Numbered from the stretch's first letter, positions 24,471-38,263 are shown. The stretch: DNA of 64,000 nt from Takakia lepidozioides (GCA_030704615.1 CM060732.1:15376001-15440000); one strand, 5' to 3'. Translations and numbers: made by a program. The notes: a model not told the origin generated them from the letters alone.

Positions 24471-26578
24471 GTGGGGGAGGTGCACATTGTGAGTGTCATC
24501 ACGGAGTTACCCAGGGGTTCTGAGGGGAGTACGGCTACAGGCAGTAGCAGTGAGAGGGGGTTCACCAGACAAGGTGTTTGTTTCAGACCACCTTCACCTC
24601 CACCCTCAACTAGTGCAGAGTCAGACACAGACTCGGAAGCTTCATCAACAGGTGTGCAGTTTCATTCGCCATTGTTGTGGGACGACATGGAGGAGATGTA
24701 TGGAGCTACCAAGGGGCCTCGTAGGTACTCTGGAGCTGTGGGCACAATCGAGTTGGATGACTTTATCCAGGAGTTTGACAGCTGGTGTGATTTGCAGCAG
24801 ATGCGCAATCCATAGCTATTCACCCCATTCATGGCGTGGAAGGGACTGTTCTAGCATTTGGAAGGCCCGCCTATGGACGATTACCACGAGTTCAGGCGAG
24901 GACATGAAGCAGAGATTGAGGAGTGGAGGATGTATTGGTCACCTGACTTCGTCTCCATTACTCGAGGCACGACGCGACCAGTAGCTGCATCAGTACCAAT
25001 ATCTCCCACTGCCAGCACTAGTAGTGGAACAAGTAGTGCCGGTACTTCTGCAGGTGGTACCAGTTCAAAAGGTGCTACTACTCCTCCTGCCACGACTACA
25101 ACACATGTGCCTAGATTCAACCCGGTGGTGGAGTTCTTCCAGGAGTTGCGGAGGAACTACCAAGGTGTACGGACTGAGAAGCTGCGAAGTTTGCAAGACT
25201 TCCAGCGCAAACCCAGTGAGAGCCTGAGGCGTACACTCGTATGAGGCGCTTGATAAGTGTGACCCAAGGGGTTACTGAAGCTCAGGCAATCCAGTTTTGG
25301 TATGGAATTATGGACAAGGAGCTCAAGAGAAGGGTGCGAGATGCAACCCTATTACAAGCAGCCCAACCCACATTAGCAGATGTGTTTCTGCTGGCTGAGC
25401 AGATTGAGCTCAACATGGTGGAGGAGCGAGTTGTTACCATTGCATTTGGTAAGGACATGCCTGCACGAGGCGCAGCTGCCACCCCACAGGCACAAGGGAC
25501 TGCCCAACAGCGTGGTCAGGGGGGCAAGGTTTCCCAACCCATGTTCCATGGAGCTTACATGGGATCTCAGGTGCAGAGGCCCGTGGCATCTTTTGCAGGC
25601 CAACAGCAACTAGGGGTGATATGTTGGACATGTGGAGGACCCCATGTCAAGAGAGATTGCCCAGAGAGTGGCAAAAGGCCGGCACAAACACAGCCTGCAC
25701 AGTTGCAGTGTGGGCATTGTGGCAAGTATGGGCATGGAGATGCCCAGTGTTATGACTTGCATCCTGAGTTGCGCCCAGGCCAGTTCCAAGGGAACAATGG
25801 TAGCCAGGGGCGAGGTGGACCAGCCCAGAGAGGACGAGGTGGTCGGGCACGAGGTGCAGGCCAAGAGCAAGCTCAACATGGCCAAGGACGCAGAGGTCAG
25901 GATGTTGACCAAGGCATGGCCAACTGGCTTCGGCAGCTAGAGCAGAGGCTCGCTGCCATGGCTACAGCTCAGGTGGTACCGGCTCCCAGGCGGGATGGTC
26001 CACCTCCTGCTCCTGAGGGAGGAGATATTGGAGGCATGGGATTCATGTGCGAAGCAGCACTACCACTAGAGCAGGTGGAGTCTGCTGCAGCCATGACTCG
26101 AGGAGCAGCACGAGTTCCTGAGTCACGAGGTGCAGAGGTGGAATTGGATGCACAGCGTGGGGAGGCAAGCCGTCAGGCGAGGCTTCCTCAGTCATTCACA
26201 TTGGCAGAGACAGTGTCGACGCCATCCATGGCACCTAGTTCTCGCCCGACTGTTACCGAGGCGGAGGTTACTATGCCATTGGGGAGAGCTAAACGTGCAG
26301 CACTGACACCTGCTACCAAGGCTAGTGCAGCCAGTGTGTTGTTGGGGGCAGCCACCTCTTTGTGTCAAGCCCCACTGTTCTCGGCAACCATGATTGCGAC
26401 GTCAGGGGTAAGACCAGCTGTAGTATTCAGACTAGCAGCAACACTCTGTGAGAGTGGGGAGGTCACTTCATCTTCTGCGGAGTTAGTGGAAGGTGTAGTG
26501 GCAGAGGGATCCTCGGATTTGAGGGTCAAGACTGCCATGGCAAGCTGGAGCTGCCAGGCTGACGGAGCTGCCAGCTAG
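24471..26578 (+). pseudogene. Retrotransposon Gag with two zinc knuckles
   Basis: Motifs LDDFIQEFDSWCD, FQRKPSESLR, CWTCGGPHVKRDC, CGHCGKYGHGDAQC; TAG stops near 24813 and 24852, frameshift near 25240. Confidence 0.82.
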
Positions 26579-26597
26579 GCCAGCCTTTGAGCGCGCC

Positions 26598-27296
26598 ATG
26601 GTGATACCTGGAGTTGTCTTGTTAGACAACCAGGGAGACATTTTCACTTTGAGTGGACCGGCAGGCAAGAAGTACCGGCCACTGCGGGTCTTGTTGGACT
26701 CAGGAGCTCAGCCACTGATGTTGGGCAGAGCTGCTATTGCAGGTTTGAACCTCATGGAGGCGGATATGGAGCCTTGTCCTTTCCAGATACAGACATCTCT
26801 GGGAGGATCAGAGCAGGCTCGGGGCATGACACAGCGTGAGTTGGCCATTAGACTGCAGCCGGATCATCCTGTAGATGGCTCAGTGATGCGAGCCAAGGCC
26901 ATTGTGACAGACGCGGTCTCTTACGATGTCCTCGTTGGTGGGGCGGTGTTATATCCCATGGGCTTCACCCTGGACTTTTGGGAGGAGTCAGCATCCTACA
27001 GGCCTGGATGGCAGTCAGGGGATGGTCGTCGTGCACAGCTCCCTATGACATTCATTGGGGGTATTGCGGCTGCCCCACGGGGCAAGATGCCAACATTAGC
27101 CGCCTTTATAGCTGCAGTTAGTTGGCCTAGAGAGTTGCTGGAAGGCAATGCCCATGCAGAGGATGTGCCACCTCCAGCAGAGCAGGATGACATGCATGGT
27201 ATGGCGAAGTTGCCTGCCATGGTTGCTCACACTCCATTGTGGGGTACGAGCAAGGATTTGCAACAGGTTGCTGATCGACGGGTGCAACAAGCCTAG
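26598..27296 (+). pseudogene. Retropepsin-type aspartic protease
   Basis: VLLDSGAQ catalytic motif and YDVLVGGAVL psi-loop motif. Confidence 0.85.
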
Positions 27297-27359
27297 GTAG
27301 AGGCTTTTGTACCATCAGGAGAGGAGGAGAGTGCGGGTATTGCACCAGGACCACCTTAG

Positions 27360-28656
27360 TTGTCACCATTGGATACCACACCTATTGTGTGGCAGTATCC
27401 AGATGAAGGCATTTGCCTTTTGGACTTGTTTGGCGGGATCAGCACCGGATTGGCTGCTGTGCTACAGGCAGGTGTGTGGGTAAGGCGTTACCTATATGTG
27501 GAGAAGGATGAGACTGCACGACGCGTCTCACTGCGCCATGTTGCTCAGTTGGTACAGCAGTACCCTGCTTTGTTGCCAGTGTCTGCAGTTCGTGGATACC
27601 AACAAGCCTTGCCAGCAGACATTTCGTTGCTGGGGGCGCCGGATTTGGAGCAGGTTGGCTCCATTGATCTGGTAGTGGCAGGTTGGCCCTGCCAAGGGCA
27701 TTCATCAGCCGGGCATGACAATGGATTGCGAGACTCGAGGACGGGTCTGTTTTGGGAGATGGTGCGGATTTTGCGCCACTTGCAGCTTCATCAAGTTGTA
27801 TCGCTAGCATACATCTTGGAGGATGTGCCACTGATGGGCAATTCTCGGGCCAGGATGATGGCCAGTGTGCATCAAGTCCGGTCGTGGCTTGGGTCAGCAG
27901 TGCTGCTGGATGCAGCTGCAGTGGGATCACGGGCTCATCGTCCACGGCTATGGTGGACTAACTTGATGCCACCCGCACTGCTCAAGCGTGCATTTGATGG
28001 GGTGCAGCGGCCAACACACCTCACAGTGGACGACATTTTGGACACAAGGAGGCAGTCTCAACGTGTGAGACACGATGACCGTTCGCCTTTGGCAGTGGTC
28101 AACAGGGTGGGTCAACCACGAGCAGCATTACCTACACTGCTCAGCTTCCCAGGATCCCATGCTTTTCGGGATGGTGGACCTGGCCTCCTGTGGGATGCTC
28201 AGTTGCAGCAGTTAGTGGAGCCTAATGCCGACGAGCGAGAGCGGGCTATGGGGTTTTCCACTGGGACCACGGCGGTGCCTTCTCTTTCTGAGGCATCACG
28301 TCGTCAGGTGTTGGGGCAAGCAATGGATCTCAATTGCTTGACCTGGATTATCAGCTTGGCTATGGCTGAGCAACGTAGAGTGCGGAGTGCACTTCCTTTG
28401 ACGGTCTCTCTGCCTACCGAGACGGTACAGGCAGCGAGTGGGGGCGAGCCGGTGAGGACCACGGGGTGTAGACTTCCATGGCACACGTGGGAGGTGCTCG
28501 AGGTTCAGAGGGAGTTGGCAGCCAAGGCAGCTGTGATGGATGAGGTTGGGGATTCTTCTCGGATTGATGAGGTCCTCAAGGATGAGATGATGGGGCAGGA
28601 TGAGGCCTTGCCATTGACCAAGCAGGCAGGGAGTACTGCTCAAGAGGTTGCGGCAT
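27360..28656 (+). CDS. C5 cytosine DNA methyltransferase domain within the retroelement polyprotein
   Basis: Ordered motifs I LDLFGGISTG, II YVEKD, IV AGWPCQG, VI ILEDV (ENV expected), VIII HRPRLWWTN, IX ERERAMGF, X RQVLGQAM; same frame as the protease. Confidence 0.92.
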
Positions 28657-30440
28657 AGCAACCACCGGACGCGTCCTCTACCTCTAAGCCCACTGGACTT
28701 AAGGTTGCAGTTACGGAGGACAATTGGGAGCCTGACATTGTCTCCGGAGGAATTCCAAAGTGCAGCGGATACAATGTTGGAGGAGACACACAGTAGCATT
28801 GGCAGAGTTCTGGGCAGCAGGGTATTCCAGCGGACTCTTCAAATCCCACTCTGTCGCATGGTCTCCCTTCCCATCGTCAGGCAGGCACTTCCCAGAGATG
28901 TGGATAAGCTCAAGTTCGCATTTCGAGAAGGGTACCGTCTAGGTTCGCCAGCCTTCTACGTTTCCCTTGAGAATGAGGACGGCGAATCTCGTGGACCCAC
29001 TGCGGATGAATTGTCAACATGGGATACCCACTGGCACACTCACAACGACGAATTCGAGGCAACGCTGAAGGGTGATCCAGACTTCGGCCATATGTCGGGT
29101 AAAATGTTCTTTGTGTGGGACGGGAATCACCGAATTCTTGCCTGGTGGAGTACATCAAGCAGAACCATGCCAAGCACATTGGCTGGCATTACATGGTGGA
29201 GTGTGTCATCCTCAAGGTGAAGGCGGCAGACTCCTCCCTGCTCAAGAATGCCATGGCGGACCTCAACTCGTAAGATACTCATACCCTCCCAAGCACGTTC
29301 GAAATGCGGCACCGCATTTCGGTTTCCAATCTGTTTTGTTTCCGTGCTTCCCTGGACTGAACTGGAGAGTGTGCCTTGCAGGGTCACTGAAAATGCATAC
29401 GTGCATGCCCACATGGCACATATGCTATACAAGGTGAGGAAAACTGGTCTCACTGATCCGCACATGTTTGCGGAAATGCTGGAGCCCGAGCTCATTCAGA
29501 AAGCCGTGGCAAAAACTGACCGGACATGGTATCGTCTCACTATGGATGGAATGGTGGAGGTAATATGCGAAGTAAGTTGTCCTCCCATTTCCCTCTGCTC
29601 ATCCTTCCCCAATTTCCAGTAATCTTTCCACATGAATCGAATGTAACGCTTCTGCATGTTTTTGTTGGCAGTCAAACATCAAGCTGGATTTGGCCCATGC
29701 CAAACGCTTCTTCATGGTAAGTGAGGGGCAGGTCAAAACGTTGCAGTCATTGACTGAGCACTTGAAGGAAGCCGGGGTCAAGTCCAGAACGAAATACAAG
29801 TCAAAGCTTGTGAAGTTGGTGGCCATTGCAGATCCGGCACTTGGAAAGGACTTCATCCCCGAGATTGCAAAACACTACTCTCGGGCCATGCAGCCGACCA
29901 TGCAGTTGGAGAAACTGCATCACCTCTCAACGGCATGTGTTGAGGCAAAAGAGAAGGTGAGGTTTCAATTGCACTGAAGTTCCTTCCTAGCAATAGCCAC
30001 TCTTCTTCCTGCTCTTGACATTGGATCGGAAATGGCAGACACGGTGGCTGTCGATCTGGAATGCATCGGAGAGTATAAGGACAATGTGGTCTTTTCCACT
30101 CAAAGTTTTCGACCCTGCAGTGGATGTGTGGCTCAACCGCATGACTTGGTGGTTCCAGGTAATTCAAGGTACTTCCCCAGATATGCTTTTCTGAAATGAA
30201 TTCCCTGAACTGCTACGTGACAATGCATGTGGGAATCGCAGGTAATGACGAATGCGAAGGAACAAGTCGTAATGCATACAAATTCGTTCGGCTTGTGAGT
30301 CAAATGGGATGGAACACAGACATTGGAAGACTACGTGACACGTTTCAGATGTGCGTACAAGGACAACCTCTTCGCCAGGGAGCTGCAGACAGCAAGAAGG
30401 AGCGTGGAGTTTACACATCAGGAGGGAGCGGGAAAATTCT
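28657..30440 (+). pseudogene. MULE cargo gene copy B, ParB/Srx-like domain exons (inverted segment)
   Basis: IPLCRM..VRQAL..DVDKLK..F..GY and FFVWDGNHRILAW; introns 29270-29381 and 29572-29671; 1-bp deletion near 29147 relative to copy C. Confidence 0.75.
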
Positions 30441-31700
30441 GCTGGTGGCGGTAGGGGCTAAGCAGCTGGAGCATCCCCAACTGGAGCTGCACTTTGGGGA
30501 ATCTTTGCGGGCAATTCTGCAATTGTAGAGGCCTCCTCCGGGCCTGCAATATTCTGAAGATCTTCCTCAACGGTGGTCAGGTCTTGCTGCGAACGTTGAG
30601 CAGCAGCACCCTCCTCCGGTACCAGATCGATGAAATCAGTCGATCCCATTGCCTTCGCTGCAGCAGAGACGCCCCCAACATCACCAGGCTGGAAATCAAG
30701 TAGGAATTGGGCTTCAGCTCGTGGAATCGGTTTTGCGGGAGACTGCTCCGCCCTCCCCTGATTGCCTTCTGCTTCCTCATTCTTGCAGGTGAAGGTATCT
30801 GCTGCAATTGAATCTGCTTCATTCGCCTGGGTGGGGGGGAAACGGCCTGGTCCGGTTCAGAAACAAGTTGAAGGACGGGCTGCTTCTTCTTCGTCTTTGC
30901 TGGAGAAGGGCTAGACCCCTGCTGGCGATTCTCCATGACCTTCGAACGCAAGTTGCTCTCTGGGGCTTTGAACTGCAAAGACTTGCCCTTCGAAGCCACG
31001 TCCTTGAAACGCATAGGGCTAGGCCCGGCAGGAAGACCCGTGCTCGTGGATCGGTTGGGTGTGCGTGCTGCAGCTAGCTCCACGGACTCTGTCTGCGGCT
31101 CTTCGGATTCCTGCGATCCCTCCAGCACATCCACCTTTCCGGTTAGGCATGCAAACATCTTCTGCATTCAAGTCTCCTAGCATACAGTCTAAGAATTGCA
31201 GAAGAAAAATGAGGGGGGTTTCGGTGCTCGATCAGCTGGCGAATCCCGATAGCACGGAGCTCTCACTGGTGGCTGGGTTGCCTACGTGGCCTGATGCTGC
31301 GAGATGGCAATCTCCTCCTGTAGACGCATCTGCTTCCTCCCCTTCGGCATTGGCCTATGTCCGAAGTACAATTTTTGGAGCTTGCGACGATGTCTCTTCT
31401 CTGGTGCACGCACTCCCTCCCTCTCACGTTCGAGCATAAGAAGAACAGAGACAGGGAAAAGGGGCGAAGAGTGCAGATGGAAAAGGGCGCGAGAGGGGTG
31501 ACTGAGTAGACACGACAAAAGAAGATGAAACGGCGGTGATGCACCACTTGGGTTCGAAAGGCTTGGACGAAAGTGTCTCCTCGTGGACTTTGCATCATTA
31601 CGAAATTCGAATCGTTAAGGATACGCCTGCCGTCCAAAAAACAAACATCATTATCCAAAGGTCAAGCCGCGCCGCCTCGTGCAACTTCAGTCAGATAGAG
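30441..31700 (-). pseudogene. 5' low-complexity part of cargo gene copy B
   Basis: Reverse complement matches about 56850-58090 (GKVDVLEGSQESEEPQ...). Confidence 0.8.
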
Positions 31701-33290
31701 TGCAGACATGTGCCGCAATTCCGTTGCTCCACGTGTTCACATTTCATGGCATTTCCGTCCAAGCGTCTGATGAGTTGGAGTGAAAATGCAAATGCGGCGC
31801 TGCATTTCCGTTAAGTACCATCCCGAAGCTACACATACCGTACTTGTTGGAAGAAAATGCGGCACCGCATTTTCGTTCCACCTTCACAAACCTTAGTTGT
31901 TGAACGGAAATGCGGTGCCACATTTCCGGTCTGGAGAGTATGAAGGTCTCACATGGATGGAAATGTGGCACCGCATTTCTGTCCCACAGCTCCATGCCTG
32001 ACATACAAAAGGGAAATGCAGCGCCGCATTTCCGTTCTGGAATGTCGGAAGGTGCGATTCGGACGGAAATGCGGCACCGCATTTCAGTTCCCGTGGTTCA
32101 TGATTTTCAATCTGAACGGAAATGCGGTACCACATTTCAGTTCCCGTGGTTCATGATTTTCAATCTGAACGGAAATGCGGTACCGCATTTCCGTTCCACC
32201 TTCACATACCTTAGTTGATGAACGGAAATGCCGTGCCGCATTTCCGTCCCACAGCTCCATGCCTCATATACAAAACGGAAATGCGGCGCCGCATTTCCAT
32301 TCTGGAATGTCGGAAGGTGCGACTCGGACGGAAATGCGGTGCCGCATTTCAATTTCGATGGTTCACGATTTTCAGTTAGAATGGAAATGCGATACCGCAT
32401 TTCCGTTTTGGAGAGTATGAAGGTCTCAAACGGACGGAAATGTGGTGCAAAATTTACGTCCCTCCGCTCCATGCCTGAGATAGAAAACGGAAATGCGGCG
32501 CCGCATTTCCGTTCTGGTATGTCGGAAGGTGCGACTCGGTCGGAAATGCGGTGCCGCATTTCAGTTCCCGTTGTTCATAATTCTCAATCAAAACGGAAAT
32601 GCAGTACCGCATTTCTGTTCTGGAGAGTATGAAGGTCTTAACCGGTCGGAAATGCAGTGCAACATTTCCGTCCCTCGGCTCCATACCTCAGATACAAAAC
32701 GGAAATGCGGCGCCGCATTTCCGTTCTGGAATGTCGGAAGGTGCGACTCGGACGAAAATGCGGTGCCGCATTTCAGTTCCGATGGTTCACGATTTTCAGT
32801 CAGAACGGAAATGCGGTGCCGCATTTCCGTTCTGGAGAGTACGAAGGTCTCAAACGGATGGAAATGCGGTGCCGCATTTCCGTTCTGGAGAGTATGAAGG
32901 TCTCAAACGGATGGAAATGCGGTGCAACATTTCCGTCCCTCAGCTCCATGCCTCAGATACAAAACGGAAATGCGGCGCCGCATTTCCGTTCTGGAATGTC
33001 GGAAGGTGCGACTCGGACGGAAATGCGGTGCCGCATTTCAGTTCCGATGGTTCACGATTTTCAGTCAGAACGGAAATGCGGTACCGCGATTCCGTTCTGA
33101 AGAGTATGAAGGTCTCAAACGGACGGAAATGCGGTGCAGCATTTCTACCCCTCAGCTCCATGCCTCAGATACAAAACGGAAATGCGGCGCCGCATTTCCG
33201 TTCTGGTATGTCGGAAGGTGCGACTCGGACGGAAATGCGGTGCCGCATTTCAATTCCCGTGGTTCATGATTCTCAATCAGAACGGAAATG
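31700..33290. repeat. 53-bp-period palindrome array, copy B
   Basis: Starts at 31906, 31959, 32012, 32065, 32118, 32171, 32224; higher-order units of 212 and 265 bp (4x and 5x 53). Confidence 0.92.
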
Positions 33291-34948
33291 AGTATTTGGG
33301 TATTGAAACAGATGTCTGAGGGCTTAGACCAGCTCGGATCCCAAGGCCCTGTACCTATACATCAAACAGATTGGGTTCTTAAGATGGCCTGCTATTGGCC
33401 AGCAATTCTTTCAACTGTATAGTTCTGTTGCAGTAACTGTGGATTGACTCTCTCTCTGCCTTGGTCTTCCTCTGTTTGATGCTCTGTCAGTTCTGTAGTG
33501 TGAAGAGACCCTGTTAGCAGGTTATTTACTGCAACACTCGGCATTTTCTACACTGAACAGATGCGCCAGGGTGTATGTGTCATGTGATATGCTAGTGTGT
33601 AGTATAGGTATGTGTATAAATCTTCAAGGGAATGTGCAATATGTGGCTGCTTATGTTGGATGCTCCTGCTAGTTCCAATAAGGGTGTTGAAAGGGGCCTT
33701 AAGAGCAGAATTGCAGAGAAGAGTTCCCAATCATACCAATGAGTTTTAGCTGAGTATATGCTCACACAAGTGCAGATGGTTGCTGTCTCAACTCCACTGT
33801 CTAGAATTCTGTGGGCCCTGCCATTCAGCTCCAATTTAATCAGCTCACCTCTTTCTTTGTGTCTGGTGGCACAGGAGATATGTAAGTGAACCCTGCCGTT
33901 GAAGACATAACAGCATTGCAGGATTGTATGCAAACATGTTCTCCTCTATTCCTAGAGGTCCGGTAAGTCTTGCACACACTGATGGTATTATCACCTATTA
34001 GCACCTACCAAGGTACTGCTATCATTTTCTGAGGATCCCAGCAAACAGTGAGGTCCTGTATAATTATGCAAGGTTTTCCATTATAGCGGCACATTCAGCT
34101 TTCAGCCTTGGATACTAGGTAGTAAAGAAAAACTGACTATTACTTAGGCTTAACATTTTAACAGATAGGGAGGGTGACCTCAAACAGAAGTGATATATTC
34201 ACATGTAACATGTAGAGAGGGACAGATTCACACTAAGTCACTGGCAGATTCATTATGTATTTTTTCAAAATATTTAAACAGGCGATGGATGCCTTGAAAA
34301 AAACTCATATTAACTCTTAACCCTTAAATGCCCGCAGGGCCCAGTTTGGGCTTTCACTGTGGCATCGACGGCTGTCCAGATCGCAGATCTTACCTGATTT
34401 TTATTAAAAAAAATAACCCTGGAGACGGGCTCCAAGTGTAGGACCCAGATCCGGAAGCGATTACCCTAATTCCGGATTTAGGGTAAGCAATCTCACTTTG
34501 AGTGAGAGGGGGTCGGTGGCGGCGAGCTCATTGTTGTGCACTTCGTTTTTCCGCGGTTTTAATTGGTTCTTGTGGCTTCGCGCGCTTGGTTCTATGTGTG
34601 TGGATTGTGGGCTCACGGGCTAATTTGCATTACATTGAATGAACTATGGATTTCCATCGTTTACTCTTTGTGAAATTTGAATTTTTCCAACGCCGGATGA
34701 TGTCCGTCATCATCCACGTCTCTCACATTCACTAACTCCCACTCTTCTCTTATCAATCAAGCAAGGAGAGAGACCGAGTTCATACCAGCTAAGAGGAGCT
34801 TGCGGGGAGGCCGATTAGGTGTTGGATGCCTAGCTCGCCCTCGGTGATTGAGGGTGCGGTCGGACGTGGTATGTGCTTGGGGTGTTGGCATCGCAAGGGA
34901 TTGACTGCAGCTCGCCACCGGGTACTAGGTGACGACCCCCCCCCCCCC

Positions 34949-34951
<3 letters not shown>

Positions 34952-35008
<57 letters not shown>
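34952..35008. repeat. (CT)n microsatellite preceded by poly-C
   Basis: Directly visible in the sequence. Confidence 0.95.
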
Positions 35009-35011
<3 letters not shown>

Positions 35012-36704
35012 GCAAGCCTACGACAAACAACATTTTATGAGTACAATCAGCATGTCGCGCACACTGAAATTTAAAGTGAGGGCAGGAAGCCTACCTTTGA
35101 ACAGTAAACAGATGCAGACATGAAACCCCGCCCAAAGACACCCGTCGCAGGGGGCCACGCCACGCCGTCGGTTTTGGCGACCCCCGCCCAAAAAAACCCG
35201 TCGCAGGGGGGTCGGTAGTAGCGACGCCAAGGGTTGTTTCTGGCGACGCCCAGGGGTGGCCTACTATTTTGCATTGGATTGGGGGTGGATTTTTGTTTTT
35301 TCCCTGGTTTTTTTTTGGGGTGTTGGGAGACCTCACAACGGCCATTGCTCTTGCAGGTGCACAAGTCTGGTTTACTGCATGATCAGTATGAGCAAGCATG
35401 ATTTGAGGGTGAGGCCGGTGTGGCACAAAATGGAATACAAGGTGAAAGATCGAAATATATTTACAAACAATAAGCGTAAATGTTTTGCTCACAAGGGTTC
35501 AAACGTAGGTTGACTCCGTGATCTACACTCTAACTAGGACTACTCATCCCCGGAGTTGTCGGAGTCATGGCTATCCGATGAGCCTAATGATGACTCCGTG
35601 GAGGATACTCTTTGGCTAGCACCCTACCGGCCCGCCGCCGGAGCACCTGAAAGAGGTCCCTGAACAGCTCCCACAGAGCTCTCATCCAATCCGTGGCCAC
35701 GATCCCCCCCCTCATCCATACTAGTGCCATGTAGTGATACACTGATCCCGTCCGAGCTGGCCATATAGTTCATGAGGAATTTCCAACCATGCTCCCTGCA
35801 GTAGTCGTACTCTGGACGAGAGGGCTTCCTCTTAAATGAGCGTTGCTACACATGCCACAAATTAAAGTCAGTTCCTCACGATGATGAAGCCAGAAAGAAG
35901 ACATAACAAAATACATAGAGAAGTATGACCTACAAATCGAACGTCAGAGATGGTAAGCCACATGTCCAAAGAAAACTTAGAGCCCCAGAGGAAGTGACAC
36001 ATGCCACTATTTTCCTGCAAACTCAACAAAGTTTGATAGCACTTCGCGTATGAAGAGAATCTGAGTGATAAAACCCTTGGATCCGCCGGGGCCCCACTTG
36101 TGGACATAGTCGTGCTTCTCAAGGTGGATTGCTGTTGCAGAGCGTGCCTTATCAAAACTGGCCTTCTTTGCCACATCATTCTCTCCCGCAATGAGCACAT
36201 CCCACGATACATATGCACCCTCCCCCCACATTAGTGAATCACACACATACATTGTATTGAATCCACCTCATTAATGCACATGCAACAAGCGACTAGTCAC
36301 GTAATGGCTCCACCCTAAAACTCTTAAGTACAAAATTTGCTTGAAATGTTATATTAAAATGAAATAATCACATTTTTGTTTTTTTTTTGTTTTTTTTGTG
36401 TTTTTGTGCCTTTTTTTCTTTGAAAAGGAAACCTGGGAGCGACTTCCAGTGTTTTTTTTTTACTTTTCCAAAATCGCAGGCAGGGCGACATGTAGATTCT
36501 TCCCAGTGCCTATATGGCGAGAATAACGAGGTGACATAGTTAGAAAAGTGGCTATATTACAGGTGTCATATTTTTAACAGATCCACGTATGACAAATCTG
36601 GCTCCTGATATTTGACGGCGATTTTTTAAAATTTTCACTCCCGTAATCCCTTAGTAAAAGTAGCTGACCCATTTTCCAGGTCGAAATCTGACAATTCTTT
36701 GCCG

Positions 36705-36913
36705 GATTAAAAAACCCGGGCAACTGCTCACAATTCATGCCCTTGAGGAGGGGGAAAAATTAACCCCCTATTAGATAAGCCATTAGGCACACAAGTGGAA
36801 ACGTCACCACCAGACCAACTGGTCACGAACAATCTACACACCAGGCAGGGCAGCAGGTTTTGAACCCCAAACCACCAGTGCGACACACTGTGCACTTACC
36901 AGCTGAGCTACCA
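36705..36913 (-). mobile_element. tRNA-derived SINE-like element, second copy
   Basis: Minus strand reads GGTAGCTCAGCTGGTAAGTGCAC...GGGGTTCAAAACC; shares head and 3' blocks with 1388-1604. Confidence 0.6.
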
Positions 36914-38263
36914 CTTGATGTGCTTTTAAATTATATTTTAAACTTGTTTTGTATAAGAGAAAATTTTATTTATTTATTTCTTCATAAAGCTGGGGATAGA
37001 GGCCCTGGTAGAACTTCTTGATGTATGAATTAAAAATTGATGTATGAAATTACAAAACTGATCTTTGGATTTATTAATTATTAAAATATTAAAATGCTTG
37101 TTGAAATACTAACTAAAATATTGAAGTACTTGTGGAAGAACTAGCTGAAATATTAAAATGCTGGCTGAAAAATCGCTGAAATACCACGATAGGTATGATT
37201 CTGCCCTTCCAAGCGATTTATCCTGAAGCACTCGTGTCAGTAACATCAGACTTTCTGAAATACTCGCTGAAATACTGAAATACTGAAATACTGATGTACT
37301 GAAATATTGCACTTCACATGCACGGCAACAGACAGGGGGAAACAGGAATAGGAACAGGAAAGAATGGGCACTTACATCACGAAAATCTTCATCATCAGAG
37401 GTGGCTTACCAGGAATAGTAAAAAGAAAAAAAGAAAAACAACTTCATTAAAAAAATAAAATGAAATGAAATTAAACTGAGAGAAAGAAACAATGTATGTG
37501 TGCCACAAAGATATCCATCCAGCAACAAGCCACATATCAAATGAGGACCTGCATCAGCTATCATACTCGCCCGTTTGGTGTCTCTTTTGTGGGCTGCCCC
37601 CCTCCCAAAAGCAAAAAAAAACCATTCTATGATCTATTACATGATTAATATGCGAGTTCTTTGGCAGGATATGTGAATGATCTGGCCACACAAAAGATCA
37701 CTACTGGAATTATTTAAAAATCTACCAATGACAAACAGAGCATGCCAAGCGAACTACTTTCAAATTAGCATTGATAACTGTGAATACTGGAACTCATAGG
37801 GAGGTGGGAAAGGGCTGGGCCATGAGTCGGGGGGCAAGAGCACATGGACATTCTCAAAGGGGTGCCCTGATGCTTTTTGCTCCAATATTTCTACAAACCC
37901 TAAGAGAAAAAAAAAAGTCCAATCTCAGTACTGCAGCAAAACCCCATAGCAGAATCGTTTTAATTGCAGTTAGCATGACTTGCACAGCTTCATGAAAGAA
38001 ACGATATAAGCCTACAAGGTTTAATTCCATTTGGACCAGCAAGCAAAGCTGCACTCCAAACTTCTTAGACACAGCCAGCCCACACCGGTGCCCCTAACCA
38101 TAGGGTTTAAGGAGAAGACATAGGCAGAGAATACAAAACAATGGACCATCCAGATTGACAATTCCAAGCTTGATTCATCTTCCAGTAAGCCCACATCATG
38201 AAGCTGGTGCCAAGTGAAGACTATATGTATTTATTGCTACATGAACCAATCAGAAAAACAATA

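Larger units (their letters stand above)
19871..28656 (+). mobile_element. Truncated LTR (probably Ty3/Gypsy-type) retroelement encoding a C5 DNA methyltransferase; 5' boundary inferred
   Basis: LTR-like start, then gag, protease and DNMT; RT, RNase H, integrase and 3' LTR are absent; linkage of the LTR-like block to gag is not proven. Confidence 0.55.

Noticed and set aside
34317-34345. TTAA-CCCTT resembling a piggyBac end
   Set aside because: No matching opposite terminus or transposase found in the window
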